Virus record (IMG/VR): IMGVR_UViG_3300035703_000003
DNA from: a virus
Taxonomy: Duplodnaviria > Heunggongvirae > Uroviricota > Caudoviricetes
Strand: one strand, 5' to 3'
Length of the DNA stretch: 64,000 nt
The notes beneath the pieces were generated by a model. The model saw nothing but the letters and a program-made list of their open reading frames with translations. It was not told where the DNA came from and made no database searches. Shown piece after piece: positions 40,131-50,742 of this stretch. The stretch's first letter is position 1. Every line of letters begins with the position of its first letter. The translations under genes were made by a program, and so were the position numbers.

Positions 40131-41331
40131 ACTTTATTATATGTTCGAATTCAGGCAAAGCGTTAACGATCGATTGATTACGTATTCTATCTAATGCTTT
40201 AGTATATGCTACTGCACGACTCCACTTTTCGGTGTTATCTGCATTGCTATACATGTTAACAAACATATTTACTTGCCATGGCTCGAAAATGTTGTGCATA
40301 CGTGCATGTATGTTATCTCTGATCTCCTTAGGTAATACACTAGGACTTAAAATATCAGGATCATATACAAAGTTATGATGAACCCAAACCTTGTGTTCAT
40401 TATGAAAAAAGTTATAAAATTCGATCAAGTTGCTATAATTCATAAATGATACAGTTTGTGTAACATCTAATTCAAAATTTTCTTCCTTTAACCTCAAAAA
40501 ATTACGCATTACATCGTCCCACTTAGTAGGATAACGTATGTATTCGTTTCTCGAACCTAAATCATCTATGCTGCAACTAATTTTAACCTTATCAAACTTT
40601 TTCCAAACTTCTATTATTTCTTCGTTTAGGTTAGTCATATTAATGTTATACCAAAGTTTAACATCAGTTCTGCCTATACTAGCTAGACGTTCTAAAAACT
40701 TAAAATGTTGTTTAATTAGTGTAGGCTCTCCGCCGTTAATGTAAAATGTCTTTACGTTATTGCAATGTTGTAACAAATCTTCCCAGAACTCTTCACGTTC
40801 AGGCCACCTAAAACCTTCGATCGTATCGTAGTTTGTAATAGAAAACGGCAAAGAACTTTGTAGTTTGTCATAATCATTGCGCCACTTACTGCTACTTGCG
40901 GGATTGCATGTCCTACACGCAACATTGCAAACATTACCTAGACGCAATTCGACAAAATCAAATTGTATATCTTGTATGTAACCATTATTATCTGTAACAG
41001 ACTTAGCTATATCTAGTGTATACTCTGGGTAGTTTCCGATTTCTTCTAGCCTCTTGCTTCTTATGCCTTTAGCTTCTTCGCTATAGCATCTTAAACATGC
41101 TTGTGGCTTTTTGCCTTCTAACACTTGCGATCGAGCTGTTCGAAAACTTTCACTGTTAAATGTATCACTGACTGTATTACGATTTAAGTTATAGTAGTTG
41201 TGTCCTGTATCAGCTGTGTCTCTTGCACTACTTAATGCATTTCTATGATCTGCTATGCAGCAATGTGTAACACCGCCATGCGGGTGTGTTGCTAAATGCT
41301 GAAACAGCAACGGACAAAATGTATCACTCAT
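40129..41331 (-). CDS. Radical SAM protein 3, N-terminal twitch domain
   Basis: FCPLLF..HCC..ACLRC; CNVACRTC; NGGEP. Confidence 0.92.
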   Translation of the reverse strand: MSDTFCPLLFQHLATHPHGGVTHCCIADHRNALSSARDTADTGHNYYNLNRNTVSDTFNSESFRTARSQVLEGKKPQACLRCYSEEAKGIRSKRLEEIGNYPEYTLDIAKSVTDNNGYIQDIQFDFVELRLGNVCNVACRTCNPASSSKWRNDYDKLQSSLPFSITNYDTIEGFRWPEREEFWEDLLQHCNNVKTFYINGGEPTLIKQHFKFLERLASIGRTDVKLWYNINMTNLNEEIIEVWKKFDKVKISCSIDDLGSRNEYIRYPTKWDDVMRNFLRLKEENFELDVTQTVSFMNYSNLIEFYNFFHNEHKVWVHHNFVYDPDILSPSVLPKEIRDNIHARMHNIFEPWQVNMFVNMYSNADNTEKWSRAVAYTKALDRIRNQSIVNALPEFEHIIK

Positions 41332-42547
41332 ACATAAATCCTAATTCTGGAAATACATCAGGTAAGTGTTCATTTCTTATGTTATCCAGTTGTTTACTGT
41401 ATTCGACAAATTGAGGAATTAAGTTTGACTTGTCTACATTTAACGAATCTATTAATGCTTTGAAACTAACATACCGATGATGACCGGTGTCTGCTTCTTC
41501 TAAATTGTGATCGTATATAAATTGTAAATATTTTTCTTGTATCATTTTTCGTTTGTGCTCCGGTAACACTTGTGCCCGTTGAAATTCCGGAAACAGCAAC
41601 ACATTGCAATCTATTTCATTGGGCTTAATATAACCTTTATTAATCCAGTCATTGAAAAAGTCAGGACAGTGCTCGACGTTATATGCACTAATAGTAGATG
41701 TAATGTGAAAATCTAAATTCGGCAACTCGAGTAATAGTCGCTCTCTGTTACGTTCGATGTCTGCCCATACAGTGCCACTTCTTATATATTCGGCACGACT
41801 GCCCATTCCGTCGATACTAGCACCAACACCTATTTTGCTAAATTGTTTCCATAACTCGACGACGTCTTTATTTTTATATGTTAGTTTGCTTAAATTAGTG
41901 TTATAGAATATGCTTATGTCTGTTTTTCCTATCTTAATAAGATATTCTAATATTTTATAATGCTCGTCCATTATTAATGGTTCACCACCAGCAAAGTAAA
42001 TTCTTTCAACAGTGTTTATCCATTGTTCCATGTCTTCCCACAATTCGTCGAGTGTGTTTTTAACCTTTAAAATTTTAGAAGTAGTTTTTTCATGACGATG
42101 TAATTTAACAGCATCGTCTGCCCAGAAACTACTAAGATCTGGTCCACACGTTCTGCATTTAAAATTACATATATTACTAAATCTTATATCCATGTAAACC
42201 ATGAATATTTCGTCTAAACTACCATTTTCTTTAGTTAACTTGGTTCGATCAAAATAATGCTCGTAGTCTCGGTTAAGATTTATTCGCATACTTCTTGCGC
42301 CATTTTTTTCATGCTCGTAACACCTTGCACAACCGGGTGTTGGCTTACCGTTGAGAACGTTTGTTCTCAACGACCTCATTTTGTCGCTGTTCCATATTTC
42401 TAAGAAGCTACTATCATTTGTATTTCCCAATTTGTAATCGTTGGTTGATAGACAGCAGGGATAAGTTGTGCCATTTGGCCATATGTGCATATGTATCCAT
42501 GGTAGTATACAAAAATATGGGTTATTTGTTTCTAACTGCATTGTCAA
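41324..42547 (-). CDS. Radical SAM protein 4, N-terminal twitch domain
   Basis: FCILPW..PCC..GCARC; CNFKCRTC; AGGEP. Confidence 0.92.
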   Translation of the reverse strand: MTMQLETNNPYFCILPWIHMHIWPNGTTYPCCLSTNDYKLGNTNDSSFLEIWNSDKMRSLRTNVLNGKPTPGCARCYEHEKNGARSMRINLNRDYEHYFDRTKLTKENGSLDEIFMVYMDIRFSNICNFKCRTCGPDLSSFWADDAVKLHRHEKTTSKILKVKNTLDELWEDMEQWINTVERIYFAGGEPLIMDEHYKILEYLIKIGKTDISIFYNTNLSKLTYKNKDVVELWKQFSKIGVGASIDGMGSRAEYIRSGTVWADIERNRERLLLELPNLDFHITSTISAYNVEHCPDFFNDWINKGYIKPNEIDCNVLLFPEFQRAQVLPEHKRKMIQEKYLQFIYDHNLEEADTGHHRYVSFKALIDSLNVDKSNLIPQFVEYSKQLDNIRNEHLPDVFPELGFMYE

Positions 42548-43340
42548 TTCTCTTTATAAAATCAGTTTTAATTTCGTCTATAGTATGTGTTAATAAATGA
42601 TGTTTCCAAAATGGTTGTATCGTATCGATCTGAAATTGCTTACTGTCAAAATTGTATTCAGATATATGAGCAAAAAATCTGTTAGCTACATCTGTATACA
42701 TTTTTTTATACGGAAGTTTAACAATGTGATCAAAGTCTATTAATATAATTTCTGGATCAGTATCTAGATTGGTTAGTATTAAGTTAGTATTCTGTAAATC
42801 CGACGGGTATAACACAAATCCGTTACTGTCTATATAAAAATTCTTTCCTATATAATTTGCAACCGTAGTTAATAAAACATCTGCATCCCTAAATTTTTCC
42901 AATGATTCATATTCTTGGTCGTCTTCTAAGAATTCTCTTATTGTAATACCCGGTATAAAATCACTACACTCGATCATATATGAGTCGTTGTAAAACACAG
43001 TTGTTGTTTTTATTGCTAAATTATCTTTAAATATGTTAGCTGCATATAAGAAGTTAACATTGCTTATCACTGCGTTTGTGCCAATGAAAACTTTGTATTT
43101 TCGATATGTAGTTATAATGCACAGGTTGAAATGATTTCTTTTAAATGCTAAATTCTCGTTCGACTGTTCTATATGTTCCCATGCTGGGTCAGAAAAAATG
43201 TCGTTTGATATTTTTGTTGCTAGCATATCAAGACCTATATTAACAGTATCATTGACATACACACCTATTACTGCTTGACTTACGAACTGGCAATATTTGA
43301 ATATAATGTCATGAAGTAGTAAACGGCGGGGTGTGACCAT
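42522..43340 (-). CDS. Protein-kinase-like (APH/choline kinase fold) protein
   Basis: PSDLQNTNLIL catalytic-loop-like motif and ILIDFD metal-binding motif; start uncertain. Confidence 0.5.
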   Translation of the reverse strand: MVTPRRLLLHDIIFKYCQFVSQAVIGVYVNDTVNIGLDMLATKISNDIFSDPAWEHIEQSNENLAFKRNHFNLCIITTYRKYKVFIGTNAVISNVNFLYAANIFKDNLAIKTTTVFYNDSYMIECSDFIPGITIREFLEDDQEYESLEKFRDADVLLTTVANYIGKNFYIDSNGFVLYPSDLQNTNLILTNLDTDPEIILIDFDHIVKLPYKKMYTDVANRFFAHISEYNFDSKQFQIDTIQPFWKHHLLTHTIDEIKTDFIKRIDNAVRNK

Positions 43341-44592
43341 TCAGTTCTAAGCCTTTTATATTATTATCTAAGTATTTAACCCATCGATAATATGTTTGTT
43401 CTTTAAATCTAAATTGGTGCCAATCAAACATATTACTATACCAAAACCATTTTAACTTATCGTCTGTATATAAATTTATTGTATTTTTCAGAAGCGTTAC
43501 ATTATTAACTGCATCTAATTTAATATATGTTTTTTCTGCATGACTGTATGCTGTAATAAATTTTTGCCAATGTTCATAATCAATGCCAAGTTCGATTAGA
43601 TTTTTTTTGACAGTAGTATCAATATCAATGTCATTGGATCCATACATTGGAATAATTTTAGGATTTATTTCTTTAACATATAAATCGTATATATCATTAA
43701 ATGATAACATGCTATTTTGTTTTAGTTTATAATCAAAAAACATCCTATAATCTAATGCTGTAGGCACAACATCGACATACATAAATTTGAAATCTTTGCT
43801 TGACTCCCAATCGATTGCAGCCTTAAACAAACTTTTGAAACCTGCTGCAACACTTATATAATAGTAGTTGTTGATGTTTTTTGGAAACAATTCACCGTCA
43901 CGTGGATTTGAGATATTTTCAGTATTTGTTAAATATACATTATATTTTAATCTGTTATCATCGAAGTTACTTTGCTTTGTATGATTGTATAATTCTGAAT
44001 CGGCGTTGAATTCTGCTTTTATTTTACGCTCAGGTCTATTTTTATCTGTATGCAAACAATATACAATTCTATTTCCCATTCGAATGTTCATGTTAAGTTG
44101 TTTTGCAGTATATGCATATCTGTCCAACAATTCAGTGAAATCTGGACTTATGTAAACAAGACTAGGTCTAGGCTCGCATATTACAACTATTTTAGGATTA
44201 TACAGTTTAATTATTCTGTCAACATAATCTTCGACAGTTGGCATGTTTCCTTTGCCGAAGTAATACAATATGCCACTCAAGACAACCGCATCGTAATGTG
44301 TGTCGAGCTCTGTATATTTTTCTATAGAAGTCACATCGCCGACTATGTATTTTCCTTTATGATTTTCCAAACAATAATTTATGCAATCTATATCAGAATC
44401 TAACCCGTCAATCGTATAGTCGTTGGGTAAAAATTCATTTATCCTACTAAACCCACATCCAATATCTAGCACAGATTTGCAAATATGTTCTTCGATAAAC
44501 TGTGTTATCTGTTCGTACATCGGGTTAGCTTCGGCACTGTTTAAGTAATGCCACGTGTAATTATTTACTATCAATTTGTGTCCACCATTCAT
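43309..44592 (-). CDS. Class I SAM methyltransferase plus unknown C-terminal domain
   Basis: VLDIGCG, GLDSD, VGDV, YDAVVLSGILYY. Confidence 0.8.
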   Translation of the reverse strand: MNGGHKLIVNNYTWHYLNSAEANPMYEQITQFIEEHICKSVLDIGCGFSRINEFLPNDYTIDGLDSDIDCINYCLENHKGKYIVGDVTSIEKYTELDTHYDAVVLSGILYYFGKGNMPTVEDYVDRIIKLYNPKIVVICEPRPSLVYISPDFTELLDRYAYTAKQLNMNIRMGNRIVYCLHTDKNRPERKIKAEFNADSELYNHTKQSNFDDNRLKYNVYLTNTENISNPRDGELFPKNINNYYYISVAAGFKSLFKAAIDWESSKDFKFMYVDVVPTALDYRMFFDYKLKQNSMLSFNDIYDLYVKEINPKIIPMYGSNDIDIDTTVKKNLIELGIDYEHWQKFITAYSHAEKTYIKLDAVNNVTLLKNTINLYTDDKLKWFWYSNMFDWHQFRFKEQTYYRWVKYLDNNIKGLELNGHTPPFTTS

Positions 44593-45955
44593 ATAACTCG
44601 TTGTCTTCTTTATATATATCTTCTAAACGATACTGTTCTTGACGTATTACATCTAACTTATTTTGCCAGTTGCGCCCATTGAAAAATGATTGTTTATGCG
44701 TGTCGGGCCATTGCTCGGCAAATGTCTGTCGATTTCCCATCTCCTTAAGTGTGTTAACGAGAGATAGTTGTTTGTGTGTTGCAATTGGTTCCATATAATC
44801 CAGCAACTGTTTTATATGCCTATCCAGAATATGCCGAGGCCAGGCAAACGGACTGAATACAATATCTGGATGGAATGCAAACATTATTTTTGTTTCAATT
44901 CTTACATCCAAATCTCTCGACAAATCAAACAAGTCTTTGAGTGCAAACATACCGGGGCCTGTTATTGTTAAATCAAATAACATCCTGTCTTTTCCGTTTG
45001 GTGCAGCTAATCCTGTTTTAAAGTTTGCTAACCACTCTTCCCAAACAATACCCTTACGGACAAATTCTACAATATGTCCTGTACCGTCAATACTTGCACA
45101 CATTAGCCAATTTTTAAATTGAGGCAAGTAATCGAATAATTGCATTCCTTTATATTCGATTCTAGACAAGTTAGAGTTGTAACGTAAGTGGCAATTTTTA
45201 GCACTACCGTTTTGTATCATTTCTTCTAATGCCCACCAATGTATATCATACATCAATGGCTCGCCACCTACCCAATAAATTTCTTCTACTATGCCATCAC
45301 TGATTGCTTTTTTAAATTCAGGTTCTACAACGTTGCGTTGAAACAGTGTCATTTTTTGTTTAACATCGGGAATCATAAACGGTTGATTGTTTGGAGTCCA
45401 CAAGTCATGTTTCTTTTTCTCTGCTTCCCAACTGCTACTAAGTTGTTCACCGCACATACGACATTTAAAGTTACACAAATTACTATATCGATAATCGAAT
45501 GATATTGTCGGCATAGATGTATATCCGTCGTCGTCTGTATTATCAAATGCTTGTTCGATTTTATCTCTAAACAACACACCTGTAAACCATTTACGATAAC
45601 TGCTTATACTAAGTATATCATCATTACAAACATCACATTGTGGAATACGCTCGCCTGCCATTAATTTCTTGCGTATGCTACGCATATAAGGACTATTCCA
45701 ATGCTCTTCTAATGTTAGTGGATTAAACTCGTCTGCATTGGTTTTAGACTCTTTTACAGCGCCATATTTTTCGTCATTACTAGCGTCGATATATTGTTTT
45801 TGGAAACTGTGTTCTTCACGACTGGCACAGCACAGCCGACGTTCTCCTTGCGGACTAATATATGTATGTGACCACGGCGCCATACAGAAAACTTTATTAG
45901 GACTGTCGTTTGAACAGCTACCGTCATGATTCCAAATTGGTTTAATTTTGCTCAT
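44561..45955 (-). CDS. Radical SAM protein 5, N-terminal twitch domain
   Basis: FCMAPW..LCC..QCDVC; CNFKCRMC; VGGEP. Confidence 0.92.
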   Translation of the reverse strand: MSKIKPIWNHDGSCSNDSPNKVFCMAPWSHTYISPQGERRLCCASREEHSFQKQYIDASNDEKYGAVKESKTNADEFNPLTLEEHWNSPYMRSIRKKLMAGERIPQCDVCNDDILSISSYRKWFTGVLFRDKIEQAFDNTDDDGYTSMPTISFDYRYSNLCNFKCRMCGEQLSSSWEAEKKKHDLWTPNNQPFMIPDVKQKMTLFQRNVVEPEFKKAISDGIVEEIYWVGGEPLMYDIHWWALEEMIQNGSAKNCHLRYNSNLSRIEYKGMQLFDYLPQFKNWLMCASIDGTGHIVEFVRKGIVWEEWLANFKTGLAAPNGKDRMLFDLTITGPGMFALKDLFDLSRDLDVRIETKIMFAFHPDIVFSPFAWPRHILDRHIKQLLDYMEPIATHKQLSLVNTLKEMGNRQTFAEQWPDTHKQSFFNGRNWQNKLDVIRQEQYRLEDIYKEDNELYEWWTQIDSK

Positions 45956-46688
45956 TTTTCTCTGCTATTTTTGCTGTAAGTAACTCATATACATATTGTG
46001 CAAATAACTCGTAACCATTGGCATTAAAGTGCCCAGACGTTGTTCCGACGGTACTGTATAGTTGAGTTAATATTTCAAATATAGTTATGTTGTTTAATAA
46101 GTGAGGATCAAACATGCTAAAATCTACACCATATTTTTTATAACAAGTAGTTATGTTCAGTATAACATCAATAAAAAATATGTCAACATTATGCAATTTA
46201 CATAAACCAAGCATTGCAAGCATTGCTTGGAATGTCTGAATAATATGCGCTTCATCAGTTTCACTAATGAAAGAGTATAATATGTTATGTTCTTCTCTAT
46301 TTTTTACTTCGAAACTAGGACTTATGGTTTTAAGTTTAAAACTTTTATTGAAGATGTGATCAGAACTATAATCACTTCCTCGTAGTTGTATCAATTCTAA
46401 ATTTCCCGAATATGTTCTGGCAGGCATCGTCAACCCAACCAAGAATAACGTGTCAGCGAGTTGATTCTTGTGTGCATTAATATAATCTAACATTTGAATA
46501 AACATTAAGCTATTAGAATTTCCTCTAATTCCTAAATTTACATACGTTGTGGTTAACAACTTAGATAAAAAGTAAGGATATGTCTTCGTGTTATCAGTTA
46601 AACCTGGACCGCCACTATCTTCGCCTTCGGTAAAGCTATCACCGAAACATACTATTTTTTTATAAGGAAATATAAATTCGTTATTCAT
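45942..46688 (-). CDS. SGNH/GDSL hydrolase or acyltransferase
   Basis: FGDSFTEG block I, NLGIRGNSN block II, GHFNANGY block V. Confidence 0.8.
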   Translation of the reverse strand: MNNEFIFPYKKIVCFGDSFTEGEDSGGPGLTDNTKTYPYFLSKLLTTTYVNLGIRGNSNSLMFIQMLDYINAHKNQLADTLFLVGLTMPARTYSGNLELIQLRGSDYSSDHIFNKSFKLKTISPSFEVKNREEHNILYSFISETDEAHIIQTFQAMLAMLGLCKLHNVDIFFIDVILNITTCYKKYGVDFSMFDPHLLNNITIFEILTQLYSTVGTTSGHFNANGYELFAQYVYELLTAKIAEKNEQN

Positions 46689-47910
46689 CTAATACAAACC
46701 AGGGCAGTATATTTCTTACATCTATGTTTTTTATTTTATATAATCTGTTAAACAGTTTATTACGAGTAGCGTCGATCAATTGCATATCATGCTGTGTAAC
46801 GAATTTTTCTCTATTTCTTAACAAAGATCCTAACTCACTAACATCATAGCCCATTTCATTTACTTTATGTATTATAGAATAGTCAATATGATTATCTGGT
46901 ATACTGTTTAAACATAAGTATTCGGGGTGTCGTAACGGTGTCAATTTTACACAGGATCTCATATATTCGTTACCGAATATTTCTTCTAATTCGATTAGTG
47001 TATCTATTAATACAGGGTAAGTTAAGATGGATACTACAATGTTAAAAGTTATTTTAATATTATCACTAGCAGCAATTAATTTTAAATTGTTCTTAATCAC
47101 ACTCCAGTCAGTTCCGACTCGTTGTATACCAGCAGTGTCTCCTGTACTGTCAATCGATGCATCGATAATTATTTTGTTCTGAAATTTTTTCCACTTATCT
47201 AACCAATTAATACCTTTAAACACAACTGCTGTTAAATTTGTATTATATCGTAATGAAACATGATAAAAGTTTTCCTGCTCTAACATATCAATGATTTTTT
47301 TGTGCTCTGGCATAATCATCGGTTCGCCGCCTGCAAAATAAAAATGATCATTTATTCCATTACTATGATTTTCTGATACTTTTTCTTTGATGTATTGCAA
47401 TGTTAAATCGATGTCATCTTTTTTCATTTTTTTAAATTTTTTTACGTTATGTTTTCCTAACATTTCTAAGTCAGACCATAGTTGCCACAACCCAGAACTA
47501 AGTCTCGGTGTACACATAATACAACCTAGGTTACATAAATTACTGGGTCGTATATCCCAGTAATTTATGTTTGAATAGTTATAATCACCTGTGTCGCTAG
47601 TATAATTCAAAAAATCTTCAATTTGTTTATTGTCTCGTTTATTCCAAGAATGTCTGAAACTTATTAAATTTGCATCGTCGTTTTTCCAGCAGTTTTTACA
47701 TCCGGCAGGTCGTTCATTATTAATGAGCTGTAATTTTAGTGTTCTGGCGTTATCGCTGTTAATTATATTAGTGATCGAATCGTTGTTTAAATTACCGTAT
47801 GCTGTTTCGTCTTCCATGCTATATATACAGCAAGGTCCAACATAACCGAGTGGATCCACATATACTGCACTCCATGGAGCCGAACAAAAATTATCAGGGA
47901 GATTTGGCAT
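46681..47910 (-). CDS. Radical SAM protein 6, N-terminal twitch domain
   Basis: FCSAPW..PCC..GCKNC; CNLGCIMC; AGGEP. Confidence 0.92.
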   Translation of the reverse strand: MPNLPDNFCSAPWSAVYVDPLGYVGPCCIYSMEDETAYGNLNNDSITNIINSDNARTLKLQLINNERPAGCKNCWKNDDANLISFRHSWNKRDNKQIEDFLNYTSDTGDYNYSNINYWDIRPSNLCNLGCIMCTPRLSSGLWQLWSDLEMLGKHNVKKFKKMKKDDIDLTLQYIKEKVSENHSNGINDHFYFAGGEPMIMPEHKKIIDMLEQENFYHVSLRYNTNLTAVVFKGINWLDKWKKFQNKIIIDASIDSTGDTAGIQRVGTDWSVIKNNLKLIAASDNIKITFNIVVSILTYPVLIDTLIELEEIFGNEYMRSCVKLTPLRHPEYLCLNSIPDNHIDYSIIHKVNEMGYDVSELGSLLRNREKFVTQHDMQLIDATRNKLFNRLYKIKNIDVRNILPWFVLDE

Positions 47911-49082
47911 TACAAATTATACTCCGGAAATAATAACTCGAAGTTTGTGTTTCTTTTTTGATCTAAACCTTTATTATAAAAAATGAACTTTTTAAACAGC
48001 ATCTCATTATAACTATGATTATTACATAACCATTCTCTAATGCTTTTTAATTTTGTTGCATTTATTCCTATGCTGTTTAAATATTGTTCTCCGAAATCAA
48101 TGTTTTGTAATGCTGTATGAAGTGAGTCATCTGTCATAACTGCAGCAGATTGGTAGTCCGGGTTGACTAACAAGTTAAAAACAATTTGATCCATGGTTTC
48201 TAAGATTTTATCGTCGAATAGTTGTTTAATAAAGTCTCCTATTTTAGTAACATTATATAAACTTAACACAGTAGTAACACCTGCTCTAATATTAGGCAAG
48301 TTATGATTCTTTATTTCTAAAAAATTGCGTTTAACATCATCATAATTACTGCCCGATCTCACATAGCTTGCGTACTCGCCATAATGATCTATACTTGCAA
48401 CTGCATTAACAAGTTTAAACTTAGGCCAGTAGTCCATTACATGCCTGCCTTTAAGTTCTAGTCTAGTAAAATTACTAGTGTATAGTAATTCTACATTAGG
48501 GTTTGTATCTAATAGTAACTCTAAGAAATCGTAATGCTCGGATGTCATCATCGGCTCGCCGCCAGCAAAATACACCTTTTCTAAATTACTAAGATACGGT
48601 ATTAATTTTTTCCACGAGTCGTTATAATGCAATGGTTTTTCTATACCCATTTCGTTTGCCCAACTAGTGCTCCAGTCTGGCCCGCATGTTCTACATTTTA
48701 AGTTGCACAAGTTGTTGAAGCGGATGTCAAGATAGCGTATGTCTAATTTATCTAAACTACCGTCACTATTTGTTTCTTTTGCTAATTCGTAACCAACGGG
48801 AAATTCGTTGTTTAAACGCTGACGCTCTGTTTGATTAACTGCACCATTTTCTCTGAGGTAGCATGGACTGCAGTATTTTTTAAGCATGTTGCCTTTAAGC
48901 ATATTTGCTCTTACGTAACGATACTGTTCATTGTTCCATATTTCCGTCGGTGATGAATTATTTAGATTACCTAAACTACGACTGAAATCATGTTTCCAAT
49001 TGCTTGCACAACATAGTTGTACATCGCCTGTAGGTTCTATATGCATATGCAGCCATGGGGCAACACAAAAGGATTCATTCAT
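47910..49082 (-). CDS. Radical SAM protein 7, N-terminal twitch domain
   Basis: FCVAPW..LCC..YCSPC; CNLKCRTC; AGGEP. Confidence 0.92.
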   Translation of the reverse strand: MNESFCVAPWLHMHIEPTGDVQLCCASNWKHDFSRSLGNLNNSSPTEIWNNEQYRYVRANMLKGNMLKKYCSPCYLRENGAVNQTERQRLNNEFPVGYELAKETNSDGSLDKLDIRYLDIRFNNLCNLKCRTCGPDWSTSWANEMGIEKPLHYNDSWKKLIPYLSNLEKVYFAGGEPMMTSEHYDFLELLLDTNPNVELLYTSNFTRLELKGRHVMDYWPKFKLVNAVASIDHYGEYASYVRSGSNYDDVKRNFLEIKNHNLPNIRAGVTTVLSLYNVTKIGDFIKQLFDDKILETMDQIVFNLLVNPDYQSAAVMTDDSLHTALQNIDFGEQYLNSIGINATKLKSIREWLCNNHSYNEMLFKKFIFYNKGLDQKRNTNFELLFPEYNL

Positions 49083-49884
49083 AGTCAGGCATTAAACCTT
49101 TTTCAATAATTTCTTTATGCAAAAATTTCATAACAGCTTTATTTTGAATACTGTCTAAGTGACCACCGAGACTTTGTTCTTCTCGTTTCCACAGGTTATG
49201 TTCAGTTAACACTTGTTTAATAGAGTTACCATCGAACAAGATGTTGTTGTGTATACCTAAGTCATCAATCGACCGCCACTGTTCGTCTGTCTTCCCCCAC
49301 CAATCAAATATAATAGGTGTTATATTGTGTTCCTTTAAGGTTGTGATGATATATTTCATATATATAGGGAACAATGCTTGCGATAACGTACTTTTATTAA
49401 ACGATTCGTATAGAGATTCGCTAATATCCAGCCAGGCATTTTTAGCGTCAGGTGTTGTAAATTTATGTTCATGTATTTCATACATTTTTCTAAATCCCGA
49501 CGACAACACAATGCTTTTCGAGTACCTTTCGTACATTTTTTGACCGTCATTGAAGTCATTTTCGTTGCTATCAGTAAAGTAAGGTATTACCGAGAAGTAG
49601 TAATTTTGCGGCAAGCCGCCGTACCAGTTAATTCTAGGTTCCGACGTTAATTGTATTATTACATATTTGAATTGGCTTAACTTATTTTTATTTTTTAATG
49701 TTTCTATTATGGCACTGTACTGCATTATTCCTTGTCCAGGGCATGGCAATGTATAAAATGTTTCATTTCTGCCTCTACGTTTCCATAAGTGCCATGCCCA
49801 CGATTCGGCATTAACTATTGCATCGTTCTTGTCGTATGCACCTGACAGGTGGCTGCATCCTATGCACAATACTTTATCTTTCAT
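49075..49884 (-). CDS. SGNH-like protein
   Basis: IGCSHLSG block I, C-terminal GGHLD. Confidence 0.6.
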   Translation of the reverse strand: MKDKVLCIGCSHLSGAYDKNDAIVNAESWAWHLWKRRGRNETFYTLPCPGQGIMQYSAIIETLKNKNKLSQFKYVIIQLTSEPRINWYGGLPQNYYFSVIPYFTDSNENDFNDGQKMYERYSKSIVLSSGFRKMYEIHEHKFTTPDAKNAWLDISESLYESFNKSTLSQALFPIYMKYIITTLKEHNITPIIFDWWGKTDEQWRSIDDLGIHNNILFDGNSIKQVLTEHNLWKREEQSLGGHLDSIQNKAVMKFLHKEIIEKGLMPDYE

Positions 49885-50741
49885 TCATGATTAACCTTTT
49901 TTGTTTTATCCGCTATTATCCAATCAAGTATTAGTTTATCAGCTAAAACTTTGTACAATGTTTTAGCAAAAACCCATTGGTCGTCAGTGGTAAATGTGTT
50001 GTTATTATTGATATTAAAGTCACTGTCAAATTCGATGCACTTTATCATTTCTATGGCTGACCAGTATACACCGTCAGGTTCAGTGAATGCATACGAATTG
50101 TTGGGGTATAGATTTAAATCTTCTCGTCTTCTTATTGTATGAATTTGTTGATATTGTGCAACTGGCCTTGATTCAAAATCAAATAATATTGGAACAACAT
50201 TACTCGACTTCAATATATCTAATAACATGACGTAATTTACAAAGAATAAATGTTTGTTAAAGACCGAATAATTAACACTATTAACTAAATTGTTTTTAGA
50301 ATATGATGCACTCATTGACATAATATGCGGTTCTAAGAATCTATTATACAGTTCTGTGCCATCATATAAATCATATTTTAAGAAACGTTCGGTTAGTATA
50401 AAAGTGGATAGTGCTTTAAAATAACCGTCAGCGTCTGGTGTAAACAATGTTTGACTGTTATCTGCAGGTAAACTAACAATACAATGGGTAAAGATGTCAA
50501 GCAGACCATTATCTCTGAGATATTCTAATATTGCATTTACTTGTGTAAAACTGCAATTCGGTAACGGTAACGTATAGATATCATGATCTTCGTTAAGTTG
50601 TTTTTTTAAATGCCAGGCCCAGCTTTTATAACCTACGAGTTTACCTTCTAAACTGTAGTCACCTATTAGGTTATGATCGCCTATTATTAATATCCTGCGT
50701 TTAATGCCAGGTTTGTAATTAATATATTTTCTTTCTTTCAT
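49881..50741 (-). CDS. Degenerate SGNH-like protein
   Basis: IIGDHNLIG and SWAWHL shared with the adjacent SGNH gene; catalytic Ser and His not evident. Confidence 0.45.
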   Translation of the reverse strand: MKERKYINYKPGIKRRILIIGDHNLIGDYSLEGKLVGYKSWAWHLKKQLNEDHDIYTLPLPNCSFTQVNAILEYLRDNGLLDIFTHCIVSLPADNSQTLFTPDADGYFKALSTFILTERFLKYDLYDGTELYNRFLEPHIMSMSASYSKNNLVNSVNYSVFNKHLFFVNYVMLLDILKSSNVVPILFDFESRPVAQYQQIHTIRRREDLNLYPNNSYAFTEPDGVYWSAIEMIKCIEFDSDFNINNNNTFTTDDQWVFAKTLYKVLADKLILDWIIADKTKKVNHE

Positions 50742-50742
50742 T

